NCBI GenBank assembly: GCA_010093995.1
Contig: ML992513.1
Coordinates: 679,203 to 743,202, forward strand
Origin: Elsinoe ampelina
Lineage: Eukaryota
Length of the DNA stretch: 64,000 bases
Reading direction: 5' to 3'
The position numbers were made by a program, and so were the translations under genes. The notes below the pieces were generated by a model. That model searched no databases and was not told the DNA's origin. It saw nothing but the letters and a program-made list of their open reading frames with translations. This document shows, piece after piece, positions 61,501-64,000 of the stretch (position 1 is its first letter; every line of letters begins with the position of its first letter).

Positions 61501-61948
61501 CAGGTTCCTCGCATCAGGTTCCTCCGTGTCGAGGACTCCAGGGCCTGGCCCACACGAGAGCAACCATTCCACGATCGCGGCATGGTATCCACATGGTCGC
61601 TAACCATGGTCTCGGCAGATTGTCCAATCTGGGGCACTACCTGCCATCAGTCCGGGGCCTGTGTGTTTTGCCTGGTTCGCCTGCTTTTTCGTGAGAAAAT
61701 AAGACCCCATGCCCGCCCACTCCTGTCGTTTCCCCAGATTATCCCGGTGACAATCGATCGGGCCCTTGTAGGTTGACCATCATCCATCTCTTGACGAGTC
61801 TGCACTGCCATCATACCGGGTCTTGGAGGATACATCATCGATAATCCTTCCCTCCTATCCATTCCCTACTTGAGCGTCGTTGTCCCACGACATCTCCCCG
61901 GATTCCAACTTTGGCCGGTGTAACATACGACCGCATACAACAGTAGAC

Positions 61949-63595
61949 ATGGCAATTTTTCAAGGCCTCAAGGCCAAAGTCACCGGCGATGGACCAACAC
62001 CTCAGACTTCCGACACATACCTGCCAAAGGAGAAGGAAGATGGCGGCGTCGACCACCTCAACAACAGCTCGGGCAACACCTCCGATGAGGATCTCGGATT
62101 CGACGACAAGGCCACCAAGCGCATGATCCGGAAGATGGATGTGCGCTTGCTCCCCTTCCTCGCCCTCCTGTATTTGCTTTCCTTCTTGGATCGCACCAAC
62201 ATCGGAAACGCTCGTCTGGTCAATCTCGAAGCCGACTTGGGCATGAACCCCAGAGGTCTCGACTACAATAATGCTCTAGCCATCTTCTTCCCCTTCTACG
62301 TAGCCGCAGAAATTCCCTCCAACATTATGATGAAGAGGACGAGGCCATCAATCTGGATCCCCACTATCATGGTAGGTTGAAACACTTCAGCCAGACTGAT
62401 AATCGCACGTGTCTGACTCTTTTTCCAGGTTGCTTGGGGTGTCTGCTGCACTCTCATGGGTGTTGTAAAGAACTACGAAGGACTCATGGCCGCCCGTGCT
62501 GCACTCGGTTTCGCCGAAGGTGGTCTCTTCCCCGGTGTGACATATTACATCACCATGTGGTACCGTCGCCACGAGTGCGGTCTGCGCATGGCCATCTTCT
62601 TTTCTGCCGCCACCGCCGCCGGCGCTTTTGGAGGTCTTCTAGCCCGTGGTATCAGTGAGATGGACGGTCTTGGAGGACTCAACGGATGGGCCTGGATCTT
62701 TATCCTCGAGGGTCTTCTAACACTCGCCGTCGCCATCCTCGCATTCTTCGTCATGAGCGACTACCCAGCGACTGCAAAGTTTTTGACCACCGACGAGAAA
62801 AAGGAGATTGTCAGGCGCCTGAAACAGGACCGCAGCAGCTTGTCAGATGAGTTTGACATGAAGTTCTTCTGGGCCGCCATCAAGGACTGGAAGATCTGGT
62901 GCCACATGTTCATCACCATCGGGTGAGTACTGCGATCTTCATTCTGAAATTGTTCCACTGACATTACTAGCGTCTACACCCCTCTCTACTCCATCTCCCT
63001 CTTCCTCCCCACCATCGTCCGAACCCTCGGCTACACCAACAACACCGCCCAACTCATGACCGTCCCCCCTTACGTCGTCGCCTGCTTCTTCACCCTCGGA
63101 GGCGGCTACCTCGCCGACAAGAAACAAACCCGCGGCCTCTTCATGATGTTCTTCGACCTCATGGCCATCCTCGGCTGGGCCATGCTCGTCGGCACCCGCA
63201 ACAACGTCGTCCGCTACATCGGCTGCTTCTTCGCCGTCAGCGGCATCTACCCCAACGTCCCCCAGGGTGTGGCCTGGAACGGCAACAACATCGGCGGCTC
63301 GCTCAAGCGCGGCGTCGGTATCGCCATGCACGTCGGCTTCGGCAACCTGGGTGGTGTGGTGGCTGCGTACATCTACTTGCCGAGGGACAGCCCGAATTTT
63401 GTGACTGGTCACTCGATCCTGCTGGGTTTCATCAGCATGTCGTTCTTGTTGAGTGCGTTCATGACTACGTATCTCAGGAGGGAGAATGCGCGCAGGGATC
63501 GCGAGTATAAGAGGCCGGAAGAGTACACTGAAGAGGAGAGAATGTTGGAGAAGGACAAGGGTGACCATGCTACCTTTTTCAGGTACACGGTCTAG
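61949..63595 (+). CDS. MFS transporter, anion:cation symporter (allantoate/nicotinate permease) family, 3 exons
   Basis: RKMDVRLLP, SFLDRTNIGNA, EIPSN, AEGGLFPG, WAWIFILEG, LRRENARRD, FRYTV. Confidence 0.92.
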
Positions 63596-63665
63596 GTTTG
63601 GAGAAGAAACGGGAGGGGCTTGTATGATTTGTTCTTGATACCTAGATACGAGATGATGCAAATTT

Positions 63666-63700
63666 GAGTAATCGAGTGATCGAGTAATCGAGTAATCGAG
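63666..63700. repeat. 8-bp tandem repeat (GAGTAATC) ~4 copies downstream of the MFS stop
   Basis: gagtaatc gagtgatc gagtaatc gagtaatc gag read directly. Confidence 0.8.
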
Positions 63701-64000
63701 CTCTGGGTATGCTGTGTCGTGAAACGTTCTTCTCGGTGTTGCGAGCGTGGTCAGCATTCCAGCTTGGCTAGTTTTGTGACACAATCCAGGAAGCTGTGTG
63801 GTCTGATGCTTGAATGATGCACCACAGCTTTTATACTACAGCTGTGATTCCAATTCCTCTGCAGCTGCCTATTCAACCTGGTCCAGACGAGAACGCTAAT
63901 CGGAATACCCAAAAGACTCCTTGTACAATGCACCAAGCAGGAGATAGGACTAGCACAGTACCCTCTCAGCTCATCCACTGCCGCCGACTTGACCCCTTTC

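Overview
Gene-dense fungal nuclear DNA (Pezizomycotina; protein features suggest Eurotiomycetes, possibly Chaetothyriales, which is an inference) with short GT-AG introns. The window holds a MAT1-2 mating-type locus: an HMG-box MAT1-2-1 gene (21743-22763) followed by APN2-COX13-APC5-RIM2-CIA30. On the other side lie SNX3, a PH/SMP protein (NVJ2-like), SSS1, a WD40 gene, the RPS9/RPL21 head-to-head pair, ADE1 and SED5. I found no SLA2 and no alpha-box MAT1-1-1 in the window. About 30 protein-coding genes were reconstructed by hand; I saw no tRNA, rRNA, CRISPR or intact transposase. Main observations: (1) about 13 recurrent ~0.6-1.4 kb islands where the + strand switches abruptly from C/A-rich to G/T-rich regardless of gene orientation; (2) an otherwise intact secreted peptidase gene with one in-frame UAG just after its signal peptide; (3) a 472-nt APC5 intron packed with oriented AAAGTG/CACTTT motifs; (4) a possible second or relic gene beside MAT1-2-1. 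All calls are by eye with no database searches.
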